Shown here one piece after another: positions 16,962 through 27,681 of a stretch of 64,000 nt of DNA. The notes beneath the pieces were generated by a model. The model was not told the origin of the DNA, made no database searches, and saw only the letters and a program-made list of their open reading frames with translations. Source of the stretch: a virus; the IMG/VR virus record IMGVR_UViG_3300007735_000794, positions 34,069-98,068 of that record. One strand, written 5' to 3'. The stretch's first letter is position 1. The number at the start of each line of letters is the position of its first letter. The translations under genes were made by a program, and so were the position numbers.

Positions 16962-18839
16962 ATGAAATCTATGAATATCATTTTTGTTGCCGATTTGTTT
17001 TCAAATGACTATGCTGGTGGCGCCGAATTAACGACAGACGCCTTAATAAGCTACGGTCCACAAAACATAATTAAAGTTCATTCTAAAGATGTTGATGTTA
17101 AATTTTTGCAAGATCATCAACACGATTATTGGGTTTTTTGCAACTTTTCATCTCTCAATTTCAACTTAATACCTTTGTTAATTGGTAACATAAATTACAG
17201 CGTCATCGAATACGATTATAAGTTCTGTCAATACAGGTCAATCGAAAAACACAAAGCTGCAACAGGATATGATTGCGACTGTGCAAACAAAGATATTGGT
17301 AAATATGTTTCTGCATTCTTTTATGGAGCAGACTATATTTTCTGGATGTCAAAAGGTCAAATGGATCGATACCATTCATTTTTCCCGTCATTAAAGAATC
17401 GAAAGCAAATGATTCTTTCTTCGGTATTTGACAATAACTTTTTTAATGTAATTGATGTAATGAAAAATTACAATGATAACCGAGACGGCTGGATAGTTCT
17501 CGGTTCTAATTCGTGGATTAAGGGCAAAGACAACGCAATCAAGTGGTGTGAAGAAAATAACAAAAAGTACGAAGTTATTTGGGACATTCCATATGAAGAA
17601 ACACTTGCAAAGTTGGCATCTGCTGAGGGATTTGTGTATCTACCAGCCGGCGGCGACACATGTCCTCGCATGGTAATTGAAGCAAAATTATTGGGTTGTG
17701 AAGTTGTAACAAATGAAAACGTTCAACACGAAAGCGAAAGCTGGTGGCAGAATGAACAAGAGATAACACGGGAGTACTTAGAAGAACAGCCATATGTCTT
17801 CTGGTCAATCATCGAAAAGTATTCCCAGCGTAATCTAGATATCTCTGGCTATACTACAACTTATAACTGTGTGAATCAAAATTACCCGTTTATTGAGTCT
17901 GTGACTTCGATGCTAAATTGTCTTGATGAAGTCATTGTTGTCGATGGTGGGTCAACAGACGGAACGCTTGAAAAGCTTCAACAGCTCTCAAATGAGAACA
18001 ATAAATTAAAAGTAGTGTCAAATCCACGTGACTGGAGTGATTCAAGATCCGCAGTTTTTGATGGTGATCAAAAAGCAGTCGCTAGAAGATATTGCACAGG
18101 AGATTTGTGCTGGCAAATGGATGTTGACGAAATCATTCATGAAAATGATTATCAAAAAATAAGAGAGCTTGTTAAGCATGTGCATAAAAGCAATCAAGTA
18201 ATTGCATTGCCAGTAATCGAATTCTGGGGTGCTAATAAGAAAGTAAGAATAGACATTAATCCATGGAAGTGGAGATTAAGTAGAAATTACCCGCATATTA
18301 CACATGGAATTCCAGCACAACTGCGACGTTATGACAAAGAAGGCAAATTGTATTCTGCACAAGGAACAGATGGATGTGATTATATACACGCAGATACATG
18401 TGAATTGATTCCATTTGTAAACTTTCATACACAAGAAACAGAAACTATGCGTCAAAATGCTGCATTTAGCGAAGAGTTTAGAATGAAATATGTTGATTGG
18501 TTTACGCAAGTAACAAATTCATTGCCAGGCGTTTATCATTATTCTTGGTATGATCTTGAAAGAAAAATAAAGACATACAAACATTTTTGGTCAAGGCATT
18601 GGCAAAGTTTGTTCGACATAAAACAAGAAGACACAGCACAAAACAATATGTTCTTTGATAAGCCGTGGGCAGAAGTTACAGACAAAGATATTAAAGAACT
18701 TGCAGAAAAGTTAGAAAAAGAAATGTGCGGCTGGATATTCCATAGAAAAATAAATTGGAAAACCCCCACGCCAGATGTTAAAATAAAAGAGTTAACGCAC
18801 CCAAGTGTGATGTCTAACTGGATTAAATGTGAACAATAA
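16962..18839 (+). CDS. Fused glycosyltransferase (GT-B/GT4-like plus GT-A/GT2-like)
   Basis: GGAELT, IKG and DTCPRMVIEA in the N-terminal half; VVDGGSTDGT and QMDVDE in the C-terminal half. Confidence 0.85.
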   Translation: MKSMNIIFVADLFSNDYAGGAELTTDALISYGPQNIIKVHSKDVDVKFLQDHQHDYWVFCNFSSLNFNLIPLLIGNINYSVIEYDYKFCQYRSIEKHKAATGYDCDCANKDIGKYVSAFFYGADYIFWMSKGQMDRYHSFFPSLKNRKQMILSSVFDNNFFNVIDVMKNYNDNRDGWIVLGSNSWIKGKDNAIKWCEENNKKYEVIWDIPYEETLAKLASAEGFVYLPAGGDTCPRMVIEAKLLGCEVVTNENVQHESESWWQNEQEITREYLEEQPYVFWSIIEKYSQRNLDISGYTTTYNCVNQNYPFIESVTSMLNCLDEVIVVDGGSTDGTLEKLQQLSNENNKLKVVSNPRDWSDSRSAVFDGDQKAVARRYCTGDLCWQMDVDEIIHENDYQKIRELVKHVHKSNQVIALPVIEFWGANKKVRIDINPWKWRLSRNYPHITHGIPAQLRRYDKEGKLYSAQGTDGCDYIHADTCELIPFVNFHTQETETMRQNAAFSEEFRMKYVDWFTQVTNSLPGVYHYSWYDLERKIKTYKHFWSRHWQSLFDIKQEDTAQNNMFFDKPWAEVTDKDIKELAEKLEKEMCGWIFHRKINWKTPTPDVKIKELTHPSVMSNWIKCEQ

Positions 18840-19569
18840 ATTTGTTTTTGTAACGCCTGTTTTTAATTGTCAAGATAAGATTGCTCAAACATTAATGACG
18901 ATGATGTCACAATCGTATAATGATTGGCGTGCAATCATTATAAACGATATGTCGACAGACAAAACATTACGAACAATAAAAAAGACAATTGCAAATTGTA
19001 CATTTAAAGACAAGTTTACAATCGTTGATAACAAAGAAAAAATGGGTGAAGTAAGAAATACGCTTAATGCTTCGTCAATGATAGACGACGATGAGATTGT
19101 AGTTCGTCTCGACGGTGGCGACTGGCTAACAGAGAATGACACACTTTGGCTTTTAAATCAAACTTATCAAGATTCTAAAGTAGACGTTGCATGGACATCA
19201 CATCGATGGGAGTATACTACACAAAATATTTCTGCACCACTTGTGTTGTCACATGGACAAACCGTTTATGACCATCCATGGGTTTCTAGTCACCTAAAGA
19301 CATTTAGAAATTCTGCACTAAAGAAGGTGCCGATTGCAAATTTCAAAGATGAGAATGGAAACTTTATAATGATTGCTTGCGATCAAGCAGTATTTCTACC
19401 AATGATGCACATGTCAATAATGGAAAACAGACTAGTCGGTCATATTCCTGTAATTTGCTATCACTACAGCATTAATTTGAAGGATAAAGAACTTTTTACA
19501 TCTGAAAGATCAATTAAACAAAAAAACTCTGCAGAGTGGATTAGATCACGTGGCTTTATCAAATGTTAA
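18829..19569 (+). CDS. GT2 family glycosyltransferase
   Basis: VTPVFN, IINDMSTD, LDGGDW. Confidence 0.88.
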   Translation: MNNKFVFVTPVFNCQDKIAQTLMTMMSQSYNDWRAIIINDMSTDKTLRTIKKTIANCTFKDKFTIVDNKEKMGEVRNTLNASSMIDDDEIVVRLDGGDWLTENDTLWLLNQTYQDSKVDVAWTSHRWEYTTQNISAPLVLSHGQTVYDHPWVSSHLKTFRNSALKKVPIANFKDENGNFIMIACDQAVFLPMMHMSIMENRLVGHIPVICYHYSINLKDKELFTSERSIKQKNSAEWIRSRGFIKC

Positions 19570-20453
19570 TAAACATAAATAATGTAGATTTTTCATCGAA
19601 CTCTGGCCCAAATTCATTTGCAAGCAGGCTTGCCACACAGCTCAGCGCTGCTGGTCATACAATAACAAAAGAAAAAAATGCAGACGTTCAACTTTCTTTT
19701 ATCACGATAACAGAAAATACGACGAAAAAAATATTCTTGCGTCTTGATGGCATTTATTTTAATACACAACAAGACTTTATTAGTATGAATGCGCCCATCA
19801 GAGAATCATTTAAAAATGCGTATGGTGTAATTTATCAAACACAATTTAATCACGATTTGATTGAAAAATATTTTGGTCGTCATATTAACACAGCCATTAT
19901 ACGAAATGGTACAGACTTAAAGACAATTGAAAAAATTCCCGCGATAAAACACGAAATCATAGACAAATATGAAAGTGTGTGGTCATGTGCTTCTTCTTGG
20001 CGCCCACACAAACGATTATCTGAAAATATTCGTTATTTTCAAGAACATGCAGGCAGAGATGATTGCTTAATAGTCGCTGGAAAAAATGCAAATTTCGATG
20101 GAATTAATGATAAAAGAATTTTGTATGTTGGCGACGTTAATTGGGAGACGCTGATTAGCATATATAAGCGTTCAAAATTTTTTATACATCTTGCGTGGTT
20201 AGATCATTGCCCAAATGTTGTAGTTGATGCAAGAGCAGCAGGATGTAAAATTATTTGTACAGACTCAGGTGGAACAAAAGAAATAGCAGGTTTAGACGCA
20301 AAATTAATTAATGATGAAAAATGGGATTTTGAGCCACATGATCTTTATAAACCTTCAAAATTAGACTTTTCAAAATTTAACAACAACACATATGATTCTA
20401 ATATTGATATCGTAGACGTTGCAAATAAATACATACACTTTTTAAAGAGCTAA
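19563..20453 (+). CDS. GT4 family glycosyltransferase
   Basis: SGPNSF, RPHKR, DHCPNVVVDARAAG...SGGTKEI. Confidence 0.85.
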   Translation: MLININNVDFSSNSGPNSFASRLATQLSAAGHTITKEKNADVQLSFITITENTTKKIFLRLDGIYFNTQQDFISMNAPIRESFKNAYGVIYQTQFNHDLIEKYFGRHINTAIIRNGTDLKTIEKIPAIKHEIIDKYESVWSCASSWRPHKRLSENIRYFQEHAGRDDCLIVAGKNANFDGINDKRILYVGDVNWETLISIYKRSKFFIHLAWLDHCPNVVVDARAAGCKIICTDSGGTKEIAGLDAKLINDEKWDFEPHDLYKPSKLDFSKFNNNTYDSNIDIVDVANKYIHFLKS

Positions 20454-20455
20454 AA

Positions 20456-21703
20456 ATGATTAAAAAAGCACATCACGAATCTTATGATAAATATGTTGAA
20501 AAACAAAAAGAGAAAACACTCGATCCTGACAAGCGAGAAAAATGGCTTACTGTCGAATGGCAATCTAAAATCGATGGATTCAAAAACGAATTTAAAAAAT
20601 TCGGAAACATTTTAAATCAAAATTCAAAAGTTTTGTGTATTGGTGCAAGAACAGGTCAAGAGGTCGAAGCATTCATCCAGTTAGGAATTAAAAATGTCAT
20701 GGGTATCGACCTTGTTGCATGTCCGCCTCATGTGATAGAAGGTGATATGCATAAACTCTCATTTGCAGATGAGACATTTGATATTGTGTACTCAAATATT
20801 TTTGATCATTCAACAAACCCAGCAAAATTTGTAAGTGAAATTGAAAGAGTTTTGAAAATCAATGGATTTGCATTTATGCAATTCCAACTTGGCATTGATC
20901 AAGATGAATATACAGAATACATTATTGAGAATCCATTTCATGACATCTTGACACTATTCAATGTTTCATATTGTCATCATATCAATTCAATAGAGCGAAA
21001 TTTTGCTGGAATGAATTTTGAGATTCTAACAAGAAAAGATGCTGAGCTTGTAAAGCTGTTTAATGAGGTAGGGACTGTAGAAACGTTAAAATTGCCAGAC
21101 GAATACAGACAATTGTGGGATGATATCAATCTAGACACACAAAAGCGTAAGCTTGATTCTGCATTTATTGTTGATGAGAACGAAAGGAACACAATTCTTG
21201 ATACGCTTTCAAAGCGTGCATATTATCTAACTAAAATCGCAGACACATACGGAGTAAAACAAATAGCAGAAGTTGGAACTGCTGAAGGATGGCAGTTTTA
21301 TTCATTCTGCAAATCAAATTCTGGCAACGTCTGGTCTTGTGACTTAAGAGATGTAAGATCTTCAAAATATGTAAATACATTTGAGAACGAAAAGTTCGTT
21401 GTAGGAAATAGCGATGCAATGAGAGATTCAATAAAAGAAGCAAATGAAAAAATCGATATGTTCTATATTGATGGTGGACATGATCAAGGAAATGTCGTAG
21501 CAGACGTAAAGAGCTTAATTCCTGTACAAAGCGACCAGTGCATTTGGGTATTTGATGACTTTGATACAAGATTTGGTTGCGTTAATGATATTGCTCAAAT
21601 TCTTGTAGCAAGCACGCAATTTAAAGTCTATTCTGTTGGAAAGACAGCAAGCGGTCAACCGAATCATCAAGCATTTTGCAGAGTTAAGTTCACAGATGGA
21701 TAA
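20456..21703 (+). CDS. Two-domain class I SAM methyltransferase
   Basis: VLCIGARTG...GDMH...RVLK, then AEVGTAEG...YIDGGH...VFDD. Confidence 0.82.
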   Translation: MIKKAHHESYDKYVEKQKEKTLDPDKREKWLTVEWQSKIDGFKNEFKKFGNILNQNSKVLCIGARTGQEVEAFIQLGIKNVMGIDLVACPPHVIEGDMHKLSFADETFDIVYSNIFDHSTNPAKFVSEIERVLKINGFAFMQFQLGIDQDEYTEYIIENPFHDILTLFNVSYCHHINSIERNFAGMNFEILTRKDAELVKLFNEVGTVETLKLPDEYRQLWDDINLDTQKRKLDSAFIVDENERNTILDTLSKRAYYLTKIADTYGVKQIAEVGTAEGWQFYSFCKSNSGNVWSCDLRDVRSSKYVNTFENEKFVVGNSDAMRDSIKEANEKIDMFYIDGGHDQGNVVADVKSLIPVQSDQCIWVFDDFDTRFGCVNDIAQILVASTQFKVYSVGKTASGQPNHQAFCRVKFTDG

Positions 21704-22559
21704 AGTTTTTCTTACATCTTGCATTGGTCTAGATTATGATTTATGTTTACTTGAGCATTTTATAAATCATTATCTAGACATGGGAATAAGGCATCAAAAC
21801 TTTTTGCTTGTTTTAAACACTTTCAAAGATCAAGACAATAAAATTAAAGAAAGCGAAGAAATATTGTTGAAATATGGAATAAAACCTGTAGATATTTGGC
21901 GCGGCGAATATGAAAGTGAAGAAAAATGGGCAAGAATAAATGCTGTCTTAACAAAACGAGTAACAAAAAATGACTGGGTTGTTCATCCAGATGCTGATGA
22001 ATTTCAAGTGTACCCAAAGAATCTCAATACACTCATCACAGACTTTGAAAGTTTAGGAATAAATGCAACACAAGGTTTTCTTATAGACAGAATATCTGCA
22101 GATCTAACTGTGAAAGACGTAGATAGAGATATAACAAATAAAATTTGGCATCAATACCCAGTTAATGCGAATCTTGCACCTTTGATTGGTCTAAAAGGCG
22201 TAAAGCTCATGATCTATCGTGGAAATATGCGTGCAAATAACGGCTCGGGTGAAATTAATGATTCATGCAAACATTTTGTTAATTACCCATACGGCTCGAC
22301 AGGACTTCAAAATTTTGAAATTACGAAAAGAATTATGAATATTGACAATAAAGATGAATTCATGAAGTTCGATGATAATTCTATGAATGAACTCCGATCA
22401 TTTCATAACTTCTTTACATATCACTTCAAATGGAATGGTGATGTAATGCCTAAACTTGAACAACGAATTGAAACATACAAGCGTTTAAATAGACCACAAT
22501 TGTTTCAATCAGTAAAATTTATTGAACACTATAAAAAGTACGGTAAGATATTAGTATAA
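21696..22559 (+). CDS. GT2-like (GT-A) glycosyltransferase
   Basis: HFINHY..MG, WVVHPDADEF, HFKW. Confidence 0.75.
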   Translation: MDKVFLTSCIGLDYDLCLLEHFINHYLDMGIRHQNFLLVLNTFKDQDNKIKESEEILLKYGIKPVDIWRGEYESEEKWARINAVLTKRVTKNDWVVHPDADEFQVYPKNLNTLITDFESLGINATQGFLIDRISADLTVKDVDRDITNKIWHQYPVNANLAPLIGLKGVKLMIYRGNMRANNGSGEINDSCKHFVNYPYGSTGLQNFEITKRIMNIDNKDEFMKFDDNSMNELRSFHNFFTYHFKWNGDVMPKLEQRIETYKRLNRPQLFQSVKFIEHYKKYGKILV

Positions 22560-23911
22560 TGTGTAGCTTTTTAGTAACATCAAAAAAATATAATCAAAAG
22601 CTTTTTCACTTTGCAAATGAAAAGCAACAACGCCGAGGCCCAGATTCAACTAGTATTGTTGAATTTGAGAATTATGTCTTTGTGCATAATTTGCTCTCAA
22701 TAACGGGCGAATATACTCAACAACCTTTCTTTAATAAAGAAAGGTCAAAAGTCGCAATATTCAATGGCGAAATATACAATGCAAATGAATTTGGAGATTA
22801 CCCGTCTGACGGGTATTCTTTAATTCCTGCATATGAACAACACGGCGAAAAATTTGCTGGTAAACTTGATGGTGAATTTGCATTTTGTATCATTGACAAA
22901 ACAAAAAATGAATTAATCATATCAACAGATACGTTTGGCACAAAACCTATCTGGTTTTCGATTGAAGGTGACAATTTTGCAGTCTCTTCTTACAGAAGTG
23001 CAATACAACACTTAGGGTTTAAAGAACAACACAAAATTCCACCAAACACAACAATAATTGTCTCATTGAGCGAAATGAGAGCAATCAAAAGAATAAAATT
23101 CACAGATTTTAGCTTGATTCAATATAAGAAAAATTTTGACGATTGGTGCATTGCATTTGAAAATTCAATATCAAAGCGTGCAAAAAATACAAGAGAGAAT
23201 TTGTTTATAGGACTTTCAAGTGGTTATGATTCTGGTGCTATTGCATGTGAATTAAAAAAGCAAAATATTAAATTTAATTCATATAGCATAATTGCTGCAG
23301 AAGACATAAACGTGCTAAATAGTCGCAGAGCGTTATTAGAAAACAATAAAATAATCTCGTTGAGAGCAACAGACTATGCTGCACAACAAGCATACATTTC
23401 GCAAAATGCCGAAGCATTCAAGTCACAACCAAGAAAAAACAGACCAAATGGTTATGACGTTTTTGCAGACAAAGGTGCAATAGGCACAGGAATAATTTGT
23501 AGTGAAGCTCGACAAGACAATTGCAAAATTTACTTATCTGGCCAAGGGTCTGATGAAATAATGTCTGATTATGGCTTTAAAGGTCGACCCGCACCCGGAT
23601 TTTTACATTGTACAATCGCAGGTCACTATCCAGAAGATCTTAATATGATTTTTCCATGGGAAAACTTTTATACAGGCACACAAGAAGAGTTCCTGTATAA
23701 AGATGAATCAATTGCAGGATTATACGGAATAGAATCACGTTACCCATTTTTAGATAAAGCACTTGTACAAGAATTTTTATGGCTTGACAATACACTAAAA
23801 AACGCAGAGTACAAGAGCCCACTTGATTATTACTTGACTAAAAACAATTTCCCATTTGCAAAAGGCGTACACACAAAAGTAGGCTTTAGAGCAAACTCAA
23901 ACTTGGTATAA
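22559..23911 (+). CDS. Asparagine synthase-like glutamine amidotransferase
   Basis: N-terminal Cys2, RRGPD, FNGEIYN, LSSGYDSG, SGQGSDE, RYPFLD. Confidence 0.9.
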   Translation: MCSFLVTSKKYNQKLFHFANEKQQRRGPDSTSIVEFENYVFVHNLLSITGEYTQQPFFNKERSKVAIFNGEIYNANEFGDYPSDGYSLIPAYEQHGEKFAGKLDGEFAFCIIDKTKNELIISTDTFGTKPIWFSIEGDNFAVSSYRSAIQHLGFKEQHKIPPNTTIIVSLSEMRAIKRIKFTDFSLIQYKKNFDDWCIAFENSISKRAKNTRENLFIGLSSGYDSGAIACELKKQNIKFNSYSIIAAEDINVLNSRRALLENNKIISLRATDYAAQQAYISQNAEAFKSQPRKNRPNGYDVFADKGAIGTGIICSEARQDNCKIYLSGQGSDEIMSDYGFKGRPAPGFLHCTIAGHYPEDLNMIFPWENFYTGTQEEFLYKDESIAGLYGIESRYPFLDKALVQEFLWLDNTLKNAEYKSPLDYYLTKNNFPFAKGVHTKVGFRANSNLV

Positions 23912-23912
23912 A

Positions 23913-24689
23913 ATGCAAATTCTACAATTAGTAAACTCACAGCCCACAATTGATCGCGGTGTATTATACATCGTCTTTAATGAGTCATTTGTTAAAGAAA
24001 TGTTAAACTCAGCAAAATCTGTGAAGATGTACAATCCTGATATGAAAATTTGTGTAATGTCAAATTTCGATTTTGAGTCAAACGACATTGACTTTTACAT
24101 AAAGATAAAGCCTAATCATATCAGAGCAAAAGTTGATTTTATCTGTCACTCACCATTTAAAGAAACACTGTACCTCGACTCTGACACGATCATCAATCAA
24201 AATATTGAAGACATATTTGATGTATTAAAAAAGAACGATATCGCAGGAATACATGATTTTGCAAGAAAACGGGAAAAATATGCAAAACAAATTCAAGAAT
24301 ATGACGCAATACCGTACTCTTTCTCAGAAATAAATGGTGGCGTGATGTGTTGGAAGCACAATGATGCAACAAGAAAATTTTTTAGTATGTGGCAAGCATA
24401 TTTTTATAAATATTTTCATATCACAAATGGCTGGGATCAAGTTTCGTTAAGAATTTCCTTGTGGGAAAGTGATGTTAGATTAATTCATTTGCCTATTGAA
24501 TACAATGTAAGAGGCAAAGAAAACAGAGATAAAGTCGATTTCCCACACGTCAGGCTAGAAAATGGAAAAGAACATATGCAACCGCGCATTTTTCATATGC
24601 ATGTAGATAAGAAAGTGCACAACGGTGTGTATGATGTATCATATGATGATGCAGTCGAACATTGCAAGCTTAATCACTACAAGTACTAA
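23913..24689 (+). CDS. GT8/GT77-like nucleotide-diphospho-sugar transferase
   Basis: LYLDSDT, INGGV, WDQ, LPIEYN. Confidence 0.8.
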   Translation: MQILQLVNSQPTIDRGVLYIVFNESFVKEMLNSAKSVKMYNPDMKICVMSNFDFESNDIDFYIKIKPNHIRAKVDFICHSPFKETLYLDSDTIINQNIEDIFDVLKKNDIAGIHDFARKREKYAKQIQEYDAIPYSFSEINGGVMCWKHNDATRKFFSMWQAYFYKYFHITNGWDQVSLRISLWESDVRLIHLPIEYNVRGKENRDKVDFPHVRLENGKEHMQPRIFHMHVDKKVHNGVYDVSYDDAVEHCKLNHYKY

Positions 24690-24690
24690 C

Positions 24691-25449
24691 ATGAAACAAC
24701 TTTATTTTATTGGCTCACCAAGAACTGGATCTACTCTTCTTGGTCAAATTATCAATTATCATCCTAATTGTCTTATTTCTAATGAATCAAGATTTTTACA
24801 AAAAGTAATTGAGAAAGGGCAAGACAAAATCTCAGCAACGCAAGAGATGATGATCGATGCATGTTATCAATTTAATGAAAGCTTAGAAAAAACAGACAGG
24901 TTTTCAAAAACAATAAAAACATATCAGCCGAAATGGCAGTCATTTGAGCAATTTAAAGGAAATCCACTTTTTGATAAAAAAGAAATATTGATTATTGGCG
25001 ACAAAAAAGCAGGTGGAAACATCCACGTTTACAGAAACAACAAAGAAAAATTCAATACATTTGTTGCAGAAGAAAAACCGCTATTTCTAATGATAACAAG
25101 AAATCCCGCAGAAACTGCGCTTTCATATTTAAAATCACATGGCAGTGGTTCGTATGAAGAAGCATTGCGAAAAGTGCTTATTGATACACGTGATGCATAC
25201 ATGTTTGGAATAAATTGCGGTTTGAAAATTGTTCGCTATGAAGAGCTTGTCAATTCAACAGACAATTTTTTAATTGATTTGTTTTCATTTTTATCACTTG
25301 AAACAAGTAAAGAATGGCGAAAAGCAATATCACAGATAGTGAGCCATGAGAAAGTGCAAGTTTCAAATGAAATGCTAACAACGACAAAAAACATACTCAG
25401 TAATGAGTTTCATCAAATTGAATTTTTGTTTGATGTGTTCAATGATTAA
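24691..25449 (+). CDS. Sulfotransferase
   Basis: 5'-PAPS loop GSPRTGSTLL, RNP....S, VRYEELV. Confidence 0.85.
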   Translation: MKQLYFIGSPRTGSTLLGQIINYHPNCLISNESRFLQKVIEKGQDKISATQEMMIDACYQFNESLEKTDRFSKTIKTYQPKWQSFEQFKGNPLFDKKEILIIGDKKAGGNIHVYRNNKEKFNTFVAEEKPLFLMITRNPAETALSYLKSHGSGSYEEALRKVLIDTRDAYMFGINCGLKIVRYEELVNSTDNFLIDLFSFLSLETSKEWRKAISQIVSHEKVQVSNEMLTTTKNILSNEFHQIEFLFDVFND

Positions 25450-26419
25450 AAATGCCTTATTTGTTCATTTTCCAATAGAAAATGAACAAATTGAAAGTTT
25501 GTCACTACCGCGCCACTTTGCAAAAAAAGGAATCAATACATACGTTACATTCCACAAGGGCAATCGGCATTATGATTATAAACTTGACGTAAATGGAAAT
25601 GTAATAAATGTCAACAATGCAGAAACATTTTCATTAGAGTTTGACATCTTGATTGCAAAAAGTTCATCAAAACAATCATATGACGCAAGGTATTTTAAAA
25701 ATTCAAAATACAAAATAAACATAACGCCTATGGGTATGCAGTGCAATAAAGAAGGTTATGACTATGCTTATGAAGATAATCAGCTTACAAAGCCACCAGT
25801 CCCATCAATGTTTAATAAACTTATGTCTGAATATGACATTGGAAAAAAAGAAAATATTATTATTGTTCCAGCATCTCTCGGCACAGACAAAAATCAACTT
25901 GAGCTGTTGAATCTTGTCGATGCACATCTAGTTAAAGATTGGAAAATAATATTCTGCGGCAAATCAGAATCTGTTTCGTATACGAATAAGATGAAAAATG
26001 TCGCATTGTCAAAAAATATAAATATTGAAATACACAACTTCTTAAATAAAGAAGAACTTGCAAACTTAATCTTAAAATCAAAATTGTTAGCGCTTACGAC
26101 AGACCCGAGACCAGCACAGCCATATGATCCCGGACCACGTGTTATTCCAGAGGGATTGTGTGGTGGCACACCATTCTTTATTAACGATTTGGTTCTTGTT
26201 GAAGATTCTGTAAAAAGTTTTGGAACGATATACAGACAAGGTAATGCTGCTGACATGAATGATAAATTGAAAGATGCAATGTTTACATGGAATCAAAAAT
26301 CGCTAGATGTAATAAATTTTGCTAAAGTTCATTATAACATGGAAAACGCATGCGAATGCGTGTATAGTAATGTAATACAACAAATAGAAAATGAAAGAAA
26401 ATCTAAAGTATCTTGTTGA
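25442..26419 (+). CDS. GT4-like glycosyltransferase
   Basis: KNQLELL, DPGPRVIPEGLCGGTP. Confidence 0.7.
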   Translation: MIKNALFVHFPIENEQIESLSLPRHFAKKGINTYVTFHKGNRHYDYKLDVNGNVINVNNAETFSLEFDILIAKSSSKQSYDARYFKNSKYKINITPMGMQCNKEGYDYAYEDNQLTKPPVPSMFNKLMSEYDIGKKENIIIVPASLGTDKNQLELLNLVDAHLVKDWKIIFCGKSESVSYTNKMKNVALSKNINIEIHNFLNKEELANLILKSKLLALTTDPRPAQPYDPGPRVIPEGLCGGTPFFINDLVLVEDSVKSFGTIYRQGNAADMNDKLKDAMFTWNQKSLDVINFAKVHYNMENACECVYSNVIQQIENERKSKVSC

Positions 26420-27041
26420 AGCATTTTACATTAATGAATCTTTGCTTCCTAAAAATCCCATATTTTTACATATCGGTACCTTTACAGGTAAGCTAGAAAA
26501 GCTTCTTACAAAGCTATATCCGTCTTGTTCAATTTACTCAATTGAACCTCATCCTGATAACTTTGCAAAGCTTAGAGAAAATGTCAAAGAATTGACTAAT
26601 GTTTACTTGACAAACAAAGCGATAGTGAGCACAAATGATAACAAGGTTTTGCTAGCAGGAGTTGGATCTTGCGCATCTACTTATAAAGCGACAAATGGAA
26701 TTGAAGTAGATGCTATTACATTAGAGAAATTTGTATTAGAAAACAATATTTCAAATATTGATTGCATCTTTTATAATGCAGAAGGGTCTGAGATGGAGTT
26801 TCTTCCTTATCTTGTAGAAAATAAAATGTGCAGCATGATTACACAAATTTGCTTGAATTTCCATACCCACGTTCAAGGATTTGGAATTTCATATGAAAAT
26901 GCTTTTGAAATGATGGATCGAATAAAAATTCACGATCATTATGTAATAAATGATGATAGATCGACACGTGTCGCATCAATTGCATCTGGTGGAAGATTAA
27001 GTGAACTTTATCCGTGTTTCTTATTCTACAAGAGAAAATAA
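26391..27041 (+). CDS. FkbM family methyltransferase
   Basis: HIGTFTG, SIEP...NF, ITLE...NAEGSE, NFH. Confidence 0.8.
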   Translation: MKENLKYLVEAFYINESLLPKNPIFLHIGTFTGKLEKLLTKLYPSCSIYSIEPHPDNFAKLRENVKELTNVYLTNKAIVSTNDNKVLLAGVGSCASTYKATNGIEVDAITLEKFVLENNISNIDCIFYNAEGSEMEFLPYLVENKMCSMITQICLNFHTHVQGFGISYENAFEMMDRIKIHDHYVINDDRSTRVASIASGGRLSELYPCFLFYKRK

Positions 27042-27680
27042 ATGAAAAATTTATACATATTTTTAGCGCATATTGACGATTTAGAATGTGCAACTATTGG
27101 CTATCTTTCAAAGAATTACAAATCATATGACAAAATTCACGTTGTCATTGCTACGTACTGGAAAGAAAAAGCAGGAATTTTTGAAGAAAACTTAAGGCTT
27201 CTAAATGAAAAATTTGAATCAAAAATTGTATACACAAATTTGTTAAACAAACAGCGACAAATGATGTCATCAATTGACTTTGTCAAAGATCAATTTTATA
27301 AGTTGCTTGATTTCAAAACAAGCTTTGATATTTTAACACATGATGAAAACGATGCACACACTGACCATCGTGCAGTAAGCATGATCTCAATGGGAATGGT
27401 AAAGTATGCGAATACATACGTCACTGTTTATTCTCCAAGCACTTATAACTTTCAACCCAACTTATTCATCAGCATGAACGAAGATGAATTCAAAATTAAA
27501 AAAGCATGTCTTGATAAATACAATATTTCTAATGAACAATCATATACGGGTTTAGGATATTATCTACAGAGTGATGATCATTACAATATTGGCGAAGCAT
27601 ACTTCTTAGAAAGCTATGCAAATAAACACAAAACAAAGTATGCAGAAGTATACAGAATATTAAAAATGTCTTTGGTGTAA
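27042..27680 (+). CDS. PIG-L/LmbE family N-deacetylase
   Basis: AHIDDLE and HTDH zinc motifs. Confidence 0.82.
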   Translation: MKNLYIFLAHIDDLECATIGYLSKNYKSYDKIHVVIATYWKEKAGIFEENLRLLNEKFESKIVYTNLLNKQRQMMSSIDFVKDQFYKLLDFKTSFDILTHDENDAHTDHRAVSMISMGMVKYANTYVTVYSPSTYNFQPNLFISMNEDEFKIKKACLDKYNISNEQSYTGLGYYLQSDDHYNIGEAYFLESYANKHKTKYAEVYRILKMSLV

Positions 27681-27681
27681 A